This document shows, one piece after another, positions 49,480-63,500 of a DNA stretch of 64,000 nucleotides. The stretch spans positions 42,718,001 through 42,782,000 of the forward strand of contig OZ320320.1 in the NCBI GenBank assembly GCA_976226885.1. Reading direction: 5' to 3'. This stretch comes from Iphione sp. A-MEVVRFRX5 (lineage: Eukaryota). Position 1 is the stretch's first letter. Every line of letters begins with the position of its first letter. A program made the position numbers and the translations under genes. The notes below the pieces were generated by a model. The model was not told where the DNA came from and searched no databases. It worked only from the letters and a program-made list of their open reading frames with translations.

Positions 49480-50500
49480 GTTGATACCCACATGCACATA
49501 AATATTAATGACAGGTTGGCATTCCACCTGGTGCCAGCCTCCAGGGTGGTCGGGCGCCTACGGCAGGCCGTAGCAAGTATGGAAATATGCAGAGCTGTCA
49601 CTGACTACTTCACAGAGAGATTACAGTTTGTGAGATGCAATGGTCAGGATTCAAGTGTAAGGCACGTAAAGCACCTTCTGCATCATAATAGATGAGGTCG
49701 TCTGATGTCTGCCAGAAGAAAGCAGTGTGGTACTCTACGCGGATTATCTGAGCATACTGATAGTGGCGAGGGACCTGCTGAGACTGAGGGGCTCTACGCA
49801 GCACACAGTGAATGTGGTCTCAAGGTGGTACAGTAGTGTAGGCCTGATGCTGAGCAAGCAAAAATGTAGCTACATGCCGGTGGGCAAGGCTGCCAATACC
49901 CAGTTGAAAATCAAGCTGAACGGAATGGATCTGGCTATGATGACGAGCCTGAAGTTGCTAGGCTATGCTATTGATGCACACCTCAAGTTCAAAGGGGCAC
50001 TGAAGGAAGTAAAGGCCAAAATGTGGTTGGCTGCGTTAAAGATCGGGAGCACCAAATTGATCCTATCATTTAGCACAAGACTTCAACTCTTTAAGGCATC
50101 AGTCATACCTCACTTAAAGTACACTGCAGTTTTACTCTATGGAGCTTCAAGTGCTGCAATGCTCAATCTCCAGATACACCTACACTGGTGGGCAAGGGTA
50201 AGTCTGCAGACCAAGGACTTCCTGAGTGCAAGAGCATGGACGAGTCGCCTGGGAATTGAACATTTACATGGGTTGATCTCGCACAGGACATTAGCAGCAA
50301 TCCATCAACAAAGGCTGCTAGAATTGTTGCCAAAGGCCAAGAAGACCCAAATAAGGGGAGGTAACAACCTGCGTGTCAAGGTGGATTGACCCAGAAGAGA
50401 GTTTTGCATGTAGCATTCACTACAAGTCTGTGACGACATGGAACAACCTGCCGGGAAAGCATAAAGGGGGCTGTGAAACCCAGCTTCAAGCAGTGGCTAC
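49480..50500 (+). mobile_element. Second decayed LINE fragment (RT C-terminal half)
   Basis: DYFTERLQFV, LYADY, LKLLGYAID, LFKASVIPHLKY in ORF 49727-50389. Confidence 0.75.
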
Positions 50501-51699
50501 GGAATAACATGCGATGAGAGGGTTGTCAACCTACAATGCATTAGGATCTTTGTTGTGAAGATGGGATCATGAGCAGAAGGGGCTATAGCCACTAGAGTGA
50601 TCTGATATCGAACGCACAGACCCTGTTGTGTGCCTACAGCCTAGATTACTACTGGAGTAGGTTTGGCCGGCAGACATTATAGCATTCCAGAGTTCTAAAA
50701 CAATGGGCAGGAGGGGTAGGAGCTATAATCAAAGTAAGGGTAGTCAGCATGACTATCATACTGGGGTACCTGGCATAACAAACATGTAATACTGTAAGCG
50801 GCTCAGGATAGCAACTTAGGTACTAGGATCAGGGCATGACCACATAACCAAAAATTGAAGAGGACTTTTATTTAACAAGGCATGCCCTGATCTAGTAGTG
50901 CATCATTTCAGCTATTTAATTATAGGTTAGATTTGTACAACTCACAACTTATTCCACTCAATAAGTAAACACATATTATTAGCTTTAACCCTATCCCGAC
51001 CGCCAATGGACGGATCGATCGCTAGAGAACGATAGTTTTGTCTCCAGAGGTTAGATTATGGATAGTTGATAGATTTCTATTATTTTTGGCACAAAAGAAG
51101 ATTATATTGTAAACCATCCAATGTCACTTGAGATTTTGTGAAAAGACACTGGGTTTCCATGGAGAAGCAGTCACATGACCAGTCAAAATAGCACAAATGT
51201 ACCTTAGTTGTATATATTTCCATACATATTCATAGATATATGCCTTACAAATGATCTAAAATGTTTAATTATAGAAATATGATTACAATTCATAATAATG
51301 TGTTGGAGACTTTATGTTGGGAGTAAATCTAAAGTACTATATGATTCTTCACCGAGGAAAATAGGGCAAATGAGAGTCACAATTACATACATTATGGTCT
51401 ATTTTCCAATATAAATAATATGTATTATTACATAATAATTAAATTTAATTAGAATATGATAATTACTTGTCTCTGTTACTTTCCTCCATAACAATTGTTC
51501 CATCCTCTCCTGAATACTCTTTTTGTGTGTAATTTCAATTTTTATATCAGTGTTTTAGTTTTTCCATGATCTGAAATATTGTCTTGTTTGGGATTTAAAC
51601 CTATGTCCTCTGCATCACTGGTGGTGTCAACACTCTTATCCATTTGGCCACTGAGTCTGCCTGTTCTAAGCTGAGCAAATATATTGCCATCACTCCTGA

Positions 51700-52190
51700 C
51701 CTTCTTTTCAAGATCTTTTAAAAAGGTTAATAAAATGTTTTTAAAATGTTATTTCACAACATTATCTGCAGCCTTTTTGAGATCTTTTAATAACATTGTA
51801 AAAAAACATTATTAAAACATTATTTCATAACATAATTTGCAACTTTTTTGAGATCTTTTTTATTGATAACATTTTAGGAAACTCAAAAATGTTGTGAAAA
51901 AGTTGTAAAAACATTATTTCGTAACATTATTAGCAGCCTTTTTGAGATCTTTTAAAAAGGTTGTGAAAATGTTGTAAAAACATTATTTTATAACATTATC
52001 TGCAGCCTTTTTGAGATTTTTAAAAACATTGTGAAAACATTGTAAAAACATTATTGCATTACATTATCTGCAGCCTTTATGAGATCCTTTAAAAACATGA
52101 AAGCGTTAGAACATCGCTTCATAACATTATGTGCAGCCTTTTTAAGATCTTTTAAAAACGTTGTGAAAACATTATGTGTTTGCTGGGTTG
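51700..52190. repeat. Array of diverged ~60-70 bp units (AACATTATCTGCAGCCTTTTTGAGATCTTT), probably part of a non-autonomous transposon
   Basis: About 6 visible units, ending in GTGTTTGCTGGG. Confidence 0.75.
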
Positions 52191-52249
52191 GTGAGTTCCC
52201 CTGAGGTTTCAGCAGTGAAGTCCACCTTTATGTACTCCTGGGCTGACAT

Positions 52250-53400
52250 CAAGACCTGAGAATCCTCAGATGGCAGTGACTGGAGAAGGGTAAGCAGTTC
52301 GGATAGAGGCATGTCCTCCTCCTCGTCCTCCCCATCCCAACAGGTCTGGGTGTTTCTGAGAGGGTGTCAGCATGCCTATAACAATTCTGGATTGTGGTGG
52401 AGCTGACTGACTGCCGAGCCTCATGCACCACAAGGATGGCCTTCCTAAGGTCAGCAGTCATGGGTGCCCTTCCTGCACACACCTAAGAAAATGCCTAACG
52501 AGTTCCGCCTATACTGGGCCTTGAAGAAGGCTATGATCCTGGCAGCCAGAGGCTGGATGAGGGAGTGCTGTTGGGAGGCAGGTACTTCAGGGTGATGTTT
52601 CTGTACTGGACAGATGACTTGTGGTTCCCAGCACTGTCACACAGGACGATGTAGTGTCTTCCCTACACCTTGACTTGTAGTTCCCAGCACTGTCACACAG
52701 GACGATGTAGTGTCTTCCCTAAACCTTGGTTCTGCTATCATCTGAAGGAACTCTTCAGGAGGGAAGTTATCCAGGCCTTATGATTGTTTCTGTAATGGAC
52801 ATACATTCCATGACCAAAGTTGTTTCCAAAGCACCTGGGTCTTGCTGCCTTTCCTATCAGGATAGGAAAGGCATCAGCTTATCACTCCCAGTTTCATTAC
52901 AACAGCAGGCAACTGTGATACTGTCTTTTGATTTCTTCTTCCCCTTCACATGTCCAGTGGATAGGGTAGCCGTAGGCTTGAGCTTGTTAAAAAAGTTGTG
53001 TTTTGTCTATGTTATATGCATTCTTGGGGTCATATCCCTCAAGTTCCTGATACAGCTTGACTCGGCCATCACAGACTACACAGGCCGAGATGCTTGTGAT
53101 CTTCAAATCTTGTCTGTATGATTTGATGTTATTTCACTCTTTGATTTGTCATATCCATCCCCAACTGTAGGAAAATGACTCAATATTGAGCTCCTCACCA
53201 AGCTGCTTGACTTTCTCAATGAGCATGTCATAGCTAATGGTTGCCCCTCTTCTGACATCCTGGAACCAGATAATCAGCACGTGCTCCAGCTTGGATAGGT
53301 TAGAAACCCTGGAACAACATAGATTGCCATCTTCTGTTCCTATGGATAACCAAAGCTCTGATCTGTTTAGGATGTCTGACATGGTCAATCTGGATAGAGC
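52250..53400 (-). mobile_element. pogo/Tigger-like DNA transposase relic
   Basis: CENP-B type HTH (LEHVLIIWF...MLIEK...FSYSWGW) and DDE_1 segment ITLKYLPPNST..IQPL..IIAFFKAQYRR. It contains a ~57-bp tandem duplication at about 52622-52725. Confidence 0.8.
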
Positions 53401-55298
53401 AAAAACCCCACTTTGATGAAAATGCATTGGGGCAATATGTGAGCATGTCAGATTGACCACTTTACATTCACATAACTCTTTCTTCTGCACATTGGTTATA
53501 TAAATCCTATATCTTTTCAGACTCACCTGAGACATCTTGACAACTGCAGAGTGAACAGTACAAATCAGTAGCCTGGTCCAGCTGATATCATCTCTTGGAT
53601 GTTCCAATGACCCCACATGCTCACCAGACAACACAATAATGCAGGAAGGATTTCTCTGGCATCCCCTTCTCATGTGTTGGCTAAAACATTATCCTCTTGT
53701 CAACAACACAAACTGCATTCCTCTGTATCCCCTGTGTTGACCCAACTATAATCCCATTATGGCATGGAGGGACGCGCTCTTCCACCAGCAGGCCACCTCT
53801 GTTGTGCTAGTGGTCTGTCAGTCAGACTCTAACACCCAGGTATCAGAGAGAACCCTCGTCATCAGCTTGATGCTGTAACACAACAACTCGGGATGACACA
53901 GATTTCCTGGTGGGTTGATGGTTTTATTAGTGGCAGAGTCAACATGTACAGGTAGCAGATAGGAGCTCTCCAAAAAGTCAAGAGGAATCACGGACACTAC
54001 ATACCAATAGTCCACGACCCTTATGCCCAAGTTCACAATCCCCTGGTCATAGTTTGTAACCCTTGGTACATAGTTCACAACCTAAGGCACAAAGTTTGTA
54101 ACATACCATAACTTTAGTTTATAGTTCACATGACCTCCAACCTGGGTGCATGCCCTGGGTCATGACCGGTCAAGAATCAAATTAACCCTTAGTCCCATCC
54201 TAGCATCCTTTGTATTGTATGGTATGAGCGTTCAACACCTATCCTGGAAGTGCCTCGAAATCCACATTCCAATGTTGCATTTGTTATGTCCAACCTGTCA
54301 CTTTACATGGTTTATGAGTATCTACTCCACCAGAGACTGTCGGTGTCCAGACTATCAGTGGTGCCACTTAGTAGCATGGCACAGCTGTTGTCTCCACACA
54401 GACAGTGCTTGTAGACTTATATTTATACACTGTACAAGGATCTCTCTCTCTAGTTTAACCTATTACAAATAGCAACAGATCATATTATACTTGCTTTACT
54501 GTAATTAATTAAAAATGTCTAAAAAATGGTTTCACTCTATTGTTTGAACATCTTATCATCCACATACACATAGAATGTCCCTATGTCCATTATGACCGGA
54601 TGTCCACTATTTTCACACATCCAAACATGTGCCATACTATAACCATTTCTAACACGAATGTGTTACAATGCCCTTGTATGTCACACCTCTGTGATAAGCT
54701 GTTTTGACAGCTGTATCCAGACTTTTTCTTTATAAATTTGCTGTTAACGATGTCTGATTAATTAGCACAAAATATAGTGAAAATGCCTTAGTCCTTCTAT
54801 TCAGATACGGTTAATGCAGTTGTCCAGTTGTCCAGTCTCTGGATAGCATGTCACAATTGTATACCCATCAATTACTTCTTTTCGTCTAATGCTAAGGGTT
54901 TCATGGTAGGGAAAGTTTTAAGTTCCAAGCCCTAACATATATCACCATGCTTGACATTCATAACTATTTACAAAATTGCTTTTTTAGCAACAACCTGTGG
55001 ATCTCCACCACTGTTGACACCTCGGTTTGTTGGTACACCTTAGGTTACTTGCACGTGTTTGAATAACTGTCGTGAATTATATTTCATAACACATCGATTA
55101 TGTTTTTGAAGCCCATATAGTGTATTTTTTGTTATTCCTGGGATGAATGGAGCTATATGTTCTCTGTGTCGTTTGATTAATGAGGTAAACAGCTGTTTCC
55201 TAGTTTTCGTTTAACTCTGCACAAATTATGTCAAACCAGGCCTTTTTTCTTTTTACTGCGGCTACTGATACACAGCTAACTAAAACGTATTCAATGTG

Positions 55299-55451
55299 CA
55301 GGCCTGTATCCAAGTTTTCTGGGGGTATCGGACGATACCCCTATACTGCAGGGGTGGAACTAATTTTTTCTTATCCCTTTCAAAGCCTACAGTCATAAAT
55401 GACTGAGGGGTATCGGGCGATACCCCCGATACCCCCTTGGCTACGGGCCTG
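55299..55451. mobile_element. Small MITE
   Basis: Ends CAGGCCTGTATCCAAG / CTTGGCTACGGGCCTG; two internal GGGGTATCG...CGATACCCC hairpins. Confidence 0.5.
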
Positions 55452-56755
55452 AATGTGTCACATATGTTGGTAAACTTGTGCATATTCTTGTAATAATTGC
55501 TGGCACACAACAGCAATAATGGAACTAGCTATGTATATACTAGACAATATTACTGCCAGAAAATAACCCCACCGTTAAGGAGTGGTAATGACCTAGATAC
55601 GTGCATTTCATATACATGTACATGTATTGGAGAAACTCTTTTGAATAATGTTATCACAGCAACCGCCATTCTCCTATCTCAGAACATTGTCAGCTGCGAT
55701 ACATGCGACTATTTTTGCCAGTAGTTCATCTCAGTTCCAATCCAACTAATATAGGAACGGACTTAACACTGAAAAACGTTTATGGTAGCAGTAACGGCAG
55801 AGAACGGATCTACGTGCCCTCGTAGAATGTACTATTACCAGGCACTGATAACTCGTATCGCAGATACGTCTATATCGTCCAATCTATAGGCTTTTAAATG
55901 GTCAACTGCTGATTATATAGTCTTACAAAATAATTGCCAAACAGCCAGACTAGATAATACTGAAACAGATGAGAAAATGTTTAAATGGTCCTCCATAACT
56001 AGGGCAATATGATGTTTTTCACTTGGATGAGATAAGTATTTTAGTGGAGACCTTTGCTCATGTGGTCTTAGTGGAGTTCGTTCGCTAAGTGATACAGACG
56101 AATGGCTCCACAAGATCATGAAAAACGTCATCCTTGATCGTATCTCCTGTGCTTTCTGATGAATGCCAAATCTAATACACTATAATCTGACCAATTCTTC
56201 TGTTGAATACAATTTCTATTGTCTACCTGTAAAGGCTACCTGATTCTACTTGATGACTCATCTAGCCTCTGTTTTGTCATTCCAGTCGTGTACAATCTAG
56301 CCAGTTGCCAGTTTGCACATCCTGTGCTGTCCTTTTTTAAACATATACGAAGTGCAGCTGGAACCCACTTATACCACATAGGTTACCAACTCCATATATA
56401 CATCAAGATCTTCACGTAGACTTACTTCACATTACAAAGTCTAGACTACGCTTGACCTCCTCAGGTTAGGCCATCTCTTGACCTGTTTCTAAACATTACA
56501 TCCATTAAGCTGTAACCCTCCTGTCTCTACCATATTTTGCGTTTCAGGTCTATCCTATGAAGGTTGTCAGGTGATCTGTACACTCGGTTAAAATACCAAC
56601 TCTAAATAAACTTTTAAACGTTTTTGTCATGTTTTCCCCAGTTTTTTTTCTAAATAAATTCTATACTTCTTGCATATGTTACCTGCTGCAGTCACCCTTC
56701 CTCCACCCTCTATTAGCCAGCAGACCTCCTATAAAACGTCACTGATTAGACTCAC

Positions 56756-56905
56756 CTTCACTTGAGAATGTACCTACGGGGCTGCACGATTCTGCACGTC
56801 CAGCCAGCAGGTGACAACTAGCATATCAGCATATACACTTAAACAAGGACAGTATGCCGTCCTGGGGCCTCACTTTGAGGCCACGTGATGTCTCCGTCAC
56901 GTGCA
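56756..56905 (-). promoter_or_regulatory. Candidate PDPR promoter and non-coding first exon
   Basis: Strong minus-strand donor GAAG|GTGAGT at 56756/56755, and two CACGTG E-boxes at 56882-56887 and 56898-56903. No transcript evidence. Confidence 0.3.
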
Positions 56906-58045
56906 TCATCTACCTGACCCCAGTAAGCAGGGCAGATAGGAGCAATGTTAGCCGGAGAGCCTGCACCTCACAACATAAATCAAGACAGAGAAGAGAGGCA
57001 TATTCATTTTTTTCATATGTCATGGAAGGTTTGTGCATTCAAACTCCAAACAGTTCACGTTCGCATCACATACAGAAGGGCTGTTGCAACGTTTCACAAC
57101 AGAGGCTTATTCAGGCCAGACGTCAACTTGAGGTAGCTCCTCCCTTTGAAGTGATACATTACTATTAGAATGAAGCGGGTTGCTGAACTGTTGTGTCTGA
57201 ATGTCTTTGTCAGTTGACTAATAGTCGAACCGCGTTTTTCTAGCACTCACTACACAAATTCACATCATATCTCAATACATTCTACACGGGCCGTATGAGG
57301 TTTATTCACACACTATTTAGCAATCCGGATGTGTTCGTCTTTTTCTTTGTCAGCACTTTTAAAAAATAATGTGTGGAAAAAGTGGCCTGATGCCACAAAA
57401 CCTGTACATGTGAACAACTTCGATTAAAGATACTTTGTTACCGGCGGATTCGTGCACAGAAATATACCTGTAGAGGTTATACCAAATATTGACATACATG
57501 TGCCATGATAATATTTGTCTGAACTCGTCACAGCCTTTGAGATGACAAAATCAACCCTTAGGGTATTATAGTATAGGTTGCAAACTTCCGAGTTCCAAAC
57601 AATCTTCATAACCAAGCAGAAGCGTTTGAAATGTAAAACGTACAATGCATCTTTCGTTATCGAAAAAGCCTACGTCCACCTCTCTCAAGGAGAGGTACAA
57701 TCCGATTCTGGCACAGTAGGTCAGGTTATTTCGCCTGATGAGGTCGTGCTAGCGTAACGAAAAGTTGCATCCACAAGCCACACTGAGCAAAATAAGGTCC
57801 CACAATATAGAACTTCACAAAGTTCATGTTGTTTTTTTCCCCAGTATTGTGTATACAATAATAGTGCAGCGAAGGTGAATAGAACACATACTATTAAATG
57901 AAGGCAGCTCCTAATGCATTAAGATAGCACACAACAGCTGAAGGTAGCATTTATATTCGAAGACAGTACATAATATATAAAGAAAATGAACAGGAGATGA
58001 AAATAGCGTAATTTAAATGACAACTGTGTGGACCTGCAGGTTCTA

Positions 58046-58421
58046 TTGTCCCCCACCTAGGTGACCATTTCATGCTTGATTTCACCTCCCTTGGTCAACT
58101 GCAAATTGCTACAAAGTGGTGCTGGAAGAAGGGTGATATGGGTGAGTGTGTGTGCATGTGCTTGAATGCATTGTCAGACCTAGAAATCTCCAAACAAGTT
58201 AAGTATGTGTGTAGGTGTGGTAGCAAAAGGGTAAATTAACATAAATTCATCTTTGGAATACTTGAATTACTACGAAAATTGCTGAGTGCCATGGGTCCAC
58301 ATATAAAAATCAGCTGAAGCATTTTAGTGTTATCAAACCCACAGGATTGTGACCACCAAAGATCAGACAGTCAAACAGCAGCATTCCTAAGGTCCCCCAT
58401 CCTTGATGAGGTGGGGGACAA
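58046..58421. mobile_element. MITE with 13-bp TIR TTGTCCCCCACCT
   Basis: Perfect TIRs at 58046-58058 and 58409-58421; a related shorter copy lies at 19532-19695. Confidence 0.6.
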
Positions 58422-59097
58422 AAGGAACACATAATGAAAGAAGATAGTACACACTAGATGAAGTTATATTATGAATGAAGACTGCACATAGTACATGAAG
58501 ATAGCATACAGTAGATGATAGGAAAACTTTTATGTTCTCTGTACTCTGTAAAGGGAAAACATTTTAATGATCAATCAAGACAAGAATCATACTGCATGAC
58601 TTTTGGGGAAATACACATTAAATAACCCCTATAGAACATGACATATTCTAATATTTCAAGCCATCATCACTTTCTAGCATTTTTTCAAAATTTATAACTT
58701 TTGCATGACCGATGACAAAATCCATGATTTTTTGGCACTTTCAAATTCCATGACTTTTCCATGACAATTTTCATTTTCCTGGTTTTCCAGATTTTCGAGA
58801 CTCTGTGAGACCCAGCTTAAGTATAAATGGAATCGCCACAGAAGAGAGGTCTTATAAGCAGTGTTGGCATGAAGGTTCTCTGTTGCTAGAGGCTCAATGC
58901 CAAGAGGTGTAGGAGGGGTGGATCATCATACGCTGGAATTACACACACCCAATCTTGCACACCTACATACACATATAGTGTCCCTTCACTAATATTTATT
59001 GAGGAGGACAGATGAGTATCCAAATATAAATCCCACTATAGCCATCAGGGGGACCCTTCATCTTGAGAAGACACCACAGGGGAACAGCACTGTCTAT

Positions 59098-59309
59098 TGT
59101 TGGGCTCCGCCCGGGTTTGTGTCATGTTCCGCCCTGCGGAGTGTTTTCGTACCGGATTTATTCTGATCTCGTGGGGACTCCGCCCGGAGTTGCATGCATG
59201 TATAAATAGGAGCCGGGCGGAGTGCCATTGGTCATTCACTTCTTGCATGTTGAGGAATAAACCTTTAAAAGTATACCAATTTGTCATGTCTCTTCGATCG
59301 GGGCGAACA
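59098..59309 (+). repeat. 5' LTR of the Gypsy element (212 bp)
   Basis: TG...CA ends; TATAAATA at 59201; AATAAA at 59256; followed 2 nt later by the PBS. Confidence 0.8.
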
Positions 59310-59311
59310 AT

Positions 59312-59329
59312 TGGTGGCAGCGGTGGGAT
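59312..59329 (+). promoter_or_regulatory. Primer binding site, tRNA-Leu
   Basis: TGGTGGCAGCGGTGGGAT is the complement of the ...AUCCCACCGCUGCCACCA 3' end of eukaryotic tRNA-Leu (recalled sequence). Confidence 0.8.
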
Positions 59330-60500
59330 CTTCCCTCCGGGGAGCTCGATGGAGTCGATGAAACTCCGGGCGGAGGTAGCTGAACCGGGGGAGTCCGGTG
59401 AAGGAGCAGAGTTCGCCGTGGGTTGGCCGGACTCCGCCCAGTTCCGCCCGGAGTCCGCTCTGACTCGTGAACCGCCAAAAGAAAGAAGCAGTTGTTCCCC
59501 GGAGAGCGAGGATACCCCACATGGAAGGGGAGTCGAACCAGAAGAGGAGGAAGAAGGGCCAACGCCGGCCCTGGGCTCTGCTGCCCGCGCCCCGGCCGAC
59601 GGTGACGTAGGAAGTAATGACCCACACCTCGAAGGAGGTGCCGAAGAGGAGGAGGCGGAGGCGGCCACTCTGCCCCCCTTGTGGACAGGATTCGTGGAAG
59701 GGCTACGCTCTGCGCTCCGGCCTGAGAGCAGTCGGAAGGGTCAGGTGAAACCGGACACCTACGATAGCAGCACCCGCTCCGGGATTTTCTTCAGCACTTC
59801 GAGCTAGTGGCGCTCGCCAATCACTGGACGGAGGCAGATAAGGCCCTACAGCTGGGGATCATGCTCCGGAAGTCAGCACGAGCGGTCCTGCGAAGTACCG
59901 GAGTGGATGTGGAGCAGGCGGGGGCGTACCAACAGCTAGTGAGTGCCCTCATGGAAAACGCTTCCAATCCAAGCACCAGACGGATGCCTACATCCAACAG
60001 TTAAAGGGGCGGCAGCAGGAGAAGTCTGAAGCGCTGGCGGACCTGGCTGATGAGATAGAGCGTCTGGTCCAACTAGCTTACCCGGAGGCAAGGGGCACGT
60101 GGAAGGATCGGATGTGCCGGGAGTACTATGTGGGAGCCCTCGCCAACGAGAAGGTCCGGAAGTGGGTAACCCAGGCCCGGGTGTCCACCTTCCGTGAGGC
60201 CCTTTCGGCCTCGCAGGTTGCGGAGTCCTATTACCAGAACAAGACGGATCAGGGAGGTCCCAAGAAGGTGCATAAGCTGGAAGCGGTGGGGCAAGTTCCC
60301 ACCCCCCCTGCTACAGCGCCGAAGAAGGAAGCTCCACCCGGCGGATGGGAGCGCTTGGAACAGCTGTTGCAGCAGTTGTTGGCAGGACAGCCAGAGGGTA
60401 ATAAGGAGAACCGGCGACCGGCAAGTAAGAAATGCTTCAACTGCAGCAAGTTGGGGCACTTCAAGCGGAATTGTCCCCATCCCCCCAAGGAGCAACCGTT

Positions 60501-60545
60501 GGGAAACAGGGGAATGGCCGCCCCCCAACAGTAAGGGTGGCGGCC
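60501..60545 (+). promoter_or_regulatory. -1 programmed ribosomal frameshift signal (gag-pol)
   Basis: G GGA AAC in the gag frame, 8-nt spacer, stem GGCCGCC-C-CCC / GGG-T-GGCGGCC with an 8-nt loop; the -1 frame runs into the protease. Confidence 0.8.
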
Positions 60546-63500
60546 GAGGAGAAGCATGGTGGTGAAGAGGGCGCACTGGATGAACATCTACGGAAGTTGC
60601 GCCTGGAGGCGGGTGAAGAGGTGGTTCTGGAGGGAGAACAGAATCGAGGGATGAACATCGTGCTCCCTAGCGAGGTGGCCGGGCTCCGGATGCCATGGCT
60701 GGTAGACACGGGAGCCTCCCTCACGTTGCTTTCGGAAGAAGTAGCCGACAACTTGGCTCTGGACGAGCTAGAGCCTGCCGCGGGGCGGATTCTGTGTGCG
60801 GATGGGCAGCCCCTCCGAGTGAGGGGTCGGACCCGAGTGCAAGTGCAATTTGCCGGTGTGGAGTTGGAGGTCAAGGCCTGAGTGGCCCGGATCGATTGTC
60901 CTGCGATACTGGGATTGGACATGTTACGCCGCTGGAGGGCGCAGGTGGACAAGGAGGGGACCGCACTTCGGGTGCGGGTCCCCGAGGACGACAGAACGGA
61001 AGGATGTTGGGCCGTACTGGTTGAAGATTATCAGCTGAATGGGCGGAGCGCGGTGCAAGCTCGCGTCCACTGGGAAGAGCTCGATAATGAAGATCAGCCA
61101 GTGTTGGTGGAGGCCTCCCCCGAGTAGGAGGGCCGCTCTGGTATGGTGCTGGCACGCACGGTGTGTCCGGCGGGCAGTCGGGATGGAGCGGTGGAGATCG
61201 CCAATGTGAGCACCTGGGGGCATCGCTTGCGACAAGGGACGGTCGTCGCGAGAGTCCAACTGGTTGACGGGGCGAGCGGATTGGAGCAGGGGGGGAGCGT
61301 CCAGGCTAGCGAAGAGCCCGGACTTGGGCCCGTGCTGCGAGGTCTGCTGGAGCAGTTGCCCGAGGAGCTGGACAAGTCGCAGAAGAGAGAAGTGGAGCGG
61401 ATGCTACGGAGGAACGCTGACTGTTTCCAGGAGGAAGGAGGGGCACTGGGTAGGACCGAGGTGGTTCAACATCGGATCGATACGCAGGGACACGGACCGA
61501 TTCGACAGAGGGTCCGACGCCTACCGCCGGCCAAGAAGGTCCTGGTGCAACAGGAGGTGGACAAGATGTTACGGCAAGGGGTGTTGGAACCCTCGACGAG
61601 CCCCTGGGCCTCCCCAGTGGTGTTAGTGCACAAGAAGGATCAGAGCTGGAGGTTCTGCATAGACTATCGGGCACTGAATGGAGTGACCAAGAAGGACGCC
61701 TATCCCCTACCCCGTATTGACGAGACGCTGGATGCCCTTCAAGGGGGGCGTTACTTCTCAGCAATTGACCTGGCTAGCGGTTACTGGCAGGTGGGGGTAC
61801 GGCCTGAAGACAAGGAAAAGATGGCGGTGTGCACACCTGGGGGGCTCTATCAATTCCGCATCAGGCCCTTCGGGTTGTGTAACGCGCCGTCTACCTTCGA
61901 GCGTCTCATGGAAGCCATTTTACAAGGACTGGTGGGCCATTCCTGCTTGGTTTACCTGGACGACGTGATCGTGATTGGCAGAACAGTGGAGGAGATGACC
62001 CGACGCCTGGAGGAGGTGTTTAGCAGGCTACGAGCGGCCGGCCTCAAGGTAAAACCTCAGAAGTGCCAGTTGTTTCAGAAGAAAGTGGCATATTTGGGAC
62101 ATCAAGTGTCTGCCGACGGGGTGGAACCGGATCCTGAGAAGATCGCGTCCGTGCAAGCTTGGCCAGTACCCCGTTGTATCACAGGGCTTCGGAGTTTCGT
62201 CGGCCTCTGCTCCTACTATCGTAGCTTCGTCGAGGGGTTCGCCGCGGTAGCCGCCCCCTTACATGAGCTGTTGGAGAAGGGCAAGGAGTACCGTTGGACC
62301 CCGGACTGTCAGCAGGCCTTTGTTACCTTGAAGGCAAGGCTGGTCTCCTCCCCAGAGTTAGCCTACCCCCGGCCGGAAGGACAGATGACATTGGACACAG
62401 ACGCCTCTGCCGCCGGCCTAGGGGCGGTACTCTCGCAGGAGCAAGACGGGAGGGAACGTGTGTTGGCCTACGCGAGTCGGAGTCTTTCTCGCCCGGAGCG
62501 AAATTATTGTGTGACCCGAAAGGAGCTATTGGCAGTGGTGTTCGGTCTACGTAAGTTCCGCTCATACGTGGGGGGCCAAAGGCTGGTGATCCGTACAGAC
62601 CATAGTTCGTTGTGCTGGCTATGCCACTAGAAGGCTCCAGAAGGCCAGCTCGCACGCTGGTTGGAAGAGGTACACTGCTACGATCTGGAGATCATCCACC
62701 AACCGGGCAAGAAACATGGTAATGCGGATGGCCTCTCGAGGCAGAAATGCCTACAGTGTGGGAGAGAGCCTATGAAGACGGAAGAACTGGGGCAGGTGGC
62801 GGCTGTGTCCATGGAGCCGGCCGAAGAGGACACTCTGAGCCATGCCCAGAAACAGGATGGCAGGGCGGGGCCCGTACTGCGGGCTCTCGAGTCAGGGGAA
62901 ACGATTCCCCCACTAGGCAGGGGAGATGAACGAGAGGAACGTTGGTTGAAAGGAGAGACACCTCGGTTGGAGATAAAGGGGGGCCTCTTGTGTCATCGAT
63001 GGGAGACCGAGGACGGAGCCACCTGGTATCAGGCCTATGTACCCGAGGGATATCGATTCCCCGTCTGGCGGGAGGTCCACGCCGGCGCCCTGGGGGGGCA
63101 CCTTGGCCCCGAGAAGACCGAAGGGGCCCTACGATGCAAGTACTGTTGGCCTGGGTTGGCCCGTGATGTCCAGCGGTGGGGGCGGGCGTGCTTCCCTTGC
63201 CAGAGGAGACAAGACCCCGCCCGGCGGCATCGGGCCCCATTGCAGCTTCGGGTAGCCCCCGCTCCCTGGGAGTTCGTCGCAATGGACGTGTGTGGCCCAT
63301 TTCCCAAGACGGTGAGGGGAAACAAGTATATCCTTGTGGTGGCGGACCATTTCACCAAGTGGACCGAGGCTTTCCCCGCGAAGGAAGTAACAGCGACGGC
63401 CACAGCTCAGATTTTGCTACGAGAAGTCATCTGCCGGTTCGGCCCCCCGCGGGTTCTTCACTCGGATCAAGGAAGAAACTTCGAGGCAGCAGTTGTGCAG

